This document shows, in pieces, positions 63,092 through 64,000 of a stretch of DNA of 64,000 bases. The notes under the pieces are model-generated. The model was given only the letters and a program-made list of their open reading frames with translations. It made no database searches and was not told the DNA's origin. How positions within the stretch are numbered: the first letter of the stretch is position 1; every line of letters starts with the position of its first letter. The DNA is from Octopus sinensis (taxonomy: Eukaryota): contig NC_042999.1 in NCBI RefSeq assembly GCF_006345805.1, positions 116,436,001 through 116,500,000 of the forward strand, in the 5' to 3' direction. The position numbers and the translations under genes were made by a program.

Positions 63092-64000
63092 TAGTTTTAT
63101 TTTTATAGCGTGCTTTCACTTCACTATCGAGCGCAGCTCTGTGTGCCTTGGGTATGTGCTGTGATTTGTTGTGATGCTCTGATGGTTATTGTATGGAAAG
63201 TGTTCTGCGTAGGATGTGTGCAGTGCCTAGTAGTGCAATTTTCTGTATGTTATATGTGTTTGTAAGTCCTGGTGTTTTTGATATGTATTTGTCTGAATAT
63301 TTTTTTATCATGCCTAATGCACCTACTATGATAGGAATTGTTTCTGTTTTCAGATTCCACATTCTAGTTACCTCTATTTCCAGGTCTTTGTATTTTGAGA
63401 GTTTCTCCATTTCTTTTAGAGACACGTTGTCATCTGCCGGTATTGATACATCAATTAGAAAGCATTTTTTTTTCTTCATGATCTCTGACAAGTATATCTG
63501 GTCTGTTGGCCTTAATTTCTCTATCTGTGTGTATCGGCATATCCCAGAGTATGGTTACTTTCTCGTTTTCTGTGACCTTTTCTGGTGTGTGCCTATACCA
63601 TCTTTTTTCTGTTGTTATTCCATAATGTTGGCATAGCTTCCAATGTATGTAGGTTCCAACTCTGTCATGTCTGTGAATATATTCCTTCTTAGCCAGGACT
63701 GGGCAGCTAGAGATAATATGATTTATTGTTTCTTGTCCATCTCCACATATTCTGCAGTTACTTGTAATATTTCTTTTCATTACATGTTTTTGGTAATTTC
63801 TGGTGGGGAGGCTTTGGTCTTGTGCTGCAATTAAAAATCCCTCTGTTTCTGCTTTGAGTCCTGAGCTTCTCAACCATTGCTGGGATTTTTCTTTGTCTAT
63901 TTCTTTTGCGTTTAGTTTAGTCCAGTATTTACCATGAAGGGGCTTTTCTTGCCATCGTTTTATCATGGTTCGTTGCTGTTCTATTTTTAGTTTGGATTTC
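63035..64000 (-). mobile_element. Young R4/Dong-like non-LTR retrotransposon, 3' ~1 kb (continues beyond the window)
   Basis: WQEKPLHG..GLKAETEGFLIAAQDQSLPTRNY..CRICGDGQETINHIISSC (CCHC knuckle)..RHD..ANRPDILVRD..FLIDVSIP..KLSKYKDLE..VGALG..GTAHILRR*. One +1 frameshift in an A9 run (63465-63473). Short 3' UTR and (AAT)n tail. Confidence 0.93.

Overview
AT-rich, repeat-dense eukaryotic DNA. The tRNA-derived SINE families and microsatellite load look like an Octopus/cephalopod genome (inferred from recall, not searched). I could not recognise any host protein-coding gene. Most ORFs in the supplied track are microsatellite translations, so the window is probably intergenic or intronic. Supportable content: dozens of copies of three tRNA-headed SINE families; a decayed CR1-type LINE (14.5-16.1 kb); several R4/Dong-like restriction-endonuclease LINE 3' ends sitting in (AAT)n runs (52-64 kb, one nearly intact); an RTE-like 3' end; a truncated Tc1 element; a full-length decayed maT (DD37D) element; mariner-type and hAT-type MITEs; and a complete non-autonomous Helitron. 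The most interesting signal is a set of long inverted-repeat elements embedded in (TA)n runs, with Penelope-like pseudo-LTR architecture. One of them carries a complete minimal hammerhead-ribozyme-like fold with a G3-C8 swapped core and a palindromic dimer-type stem III (29935-29985, minus strand). Also notable are two SINE arrays in which one short spacer recurs between unlike SINE copies, suggesting serial re-use of a single target site. Coordinates were read by eye and may be off by a few bases.
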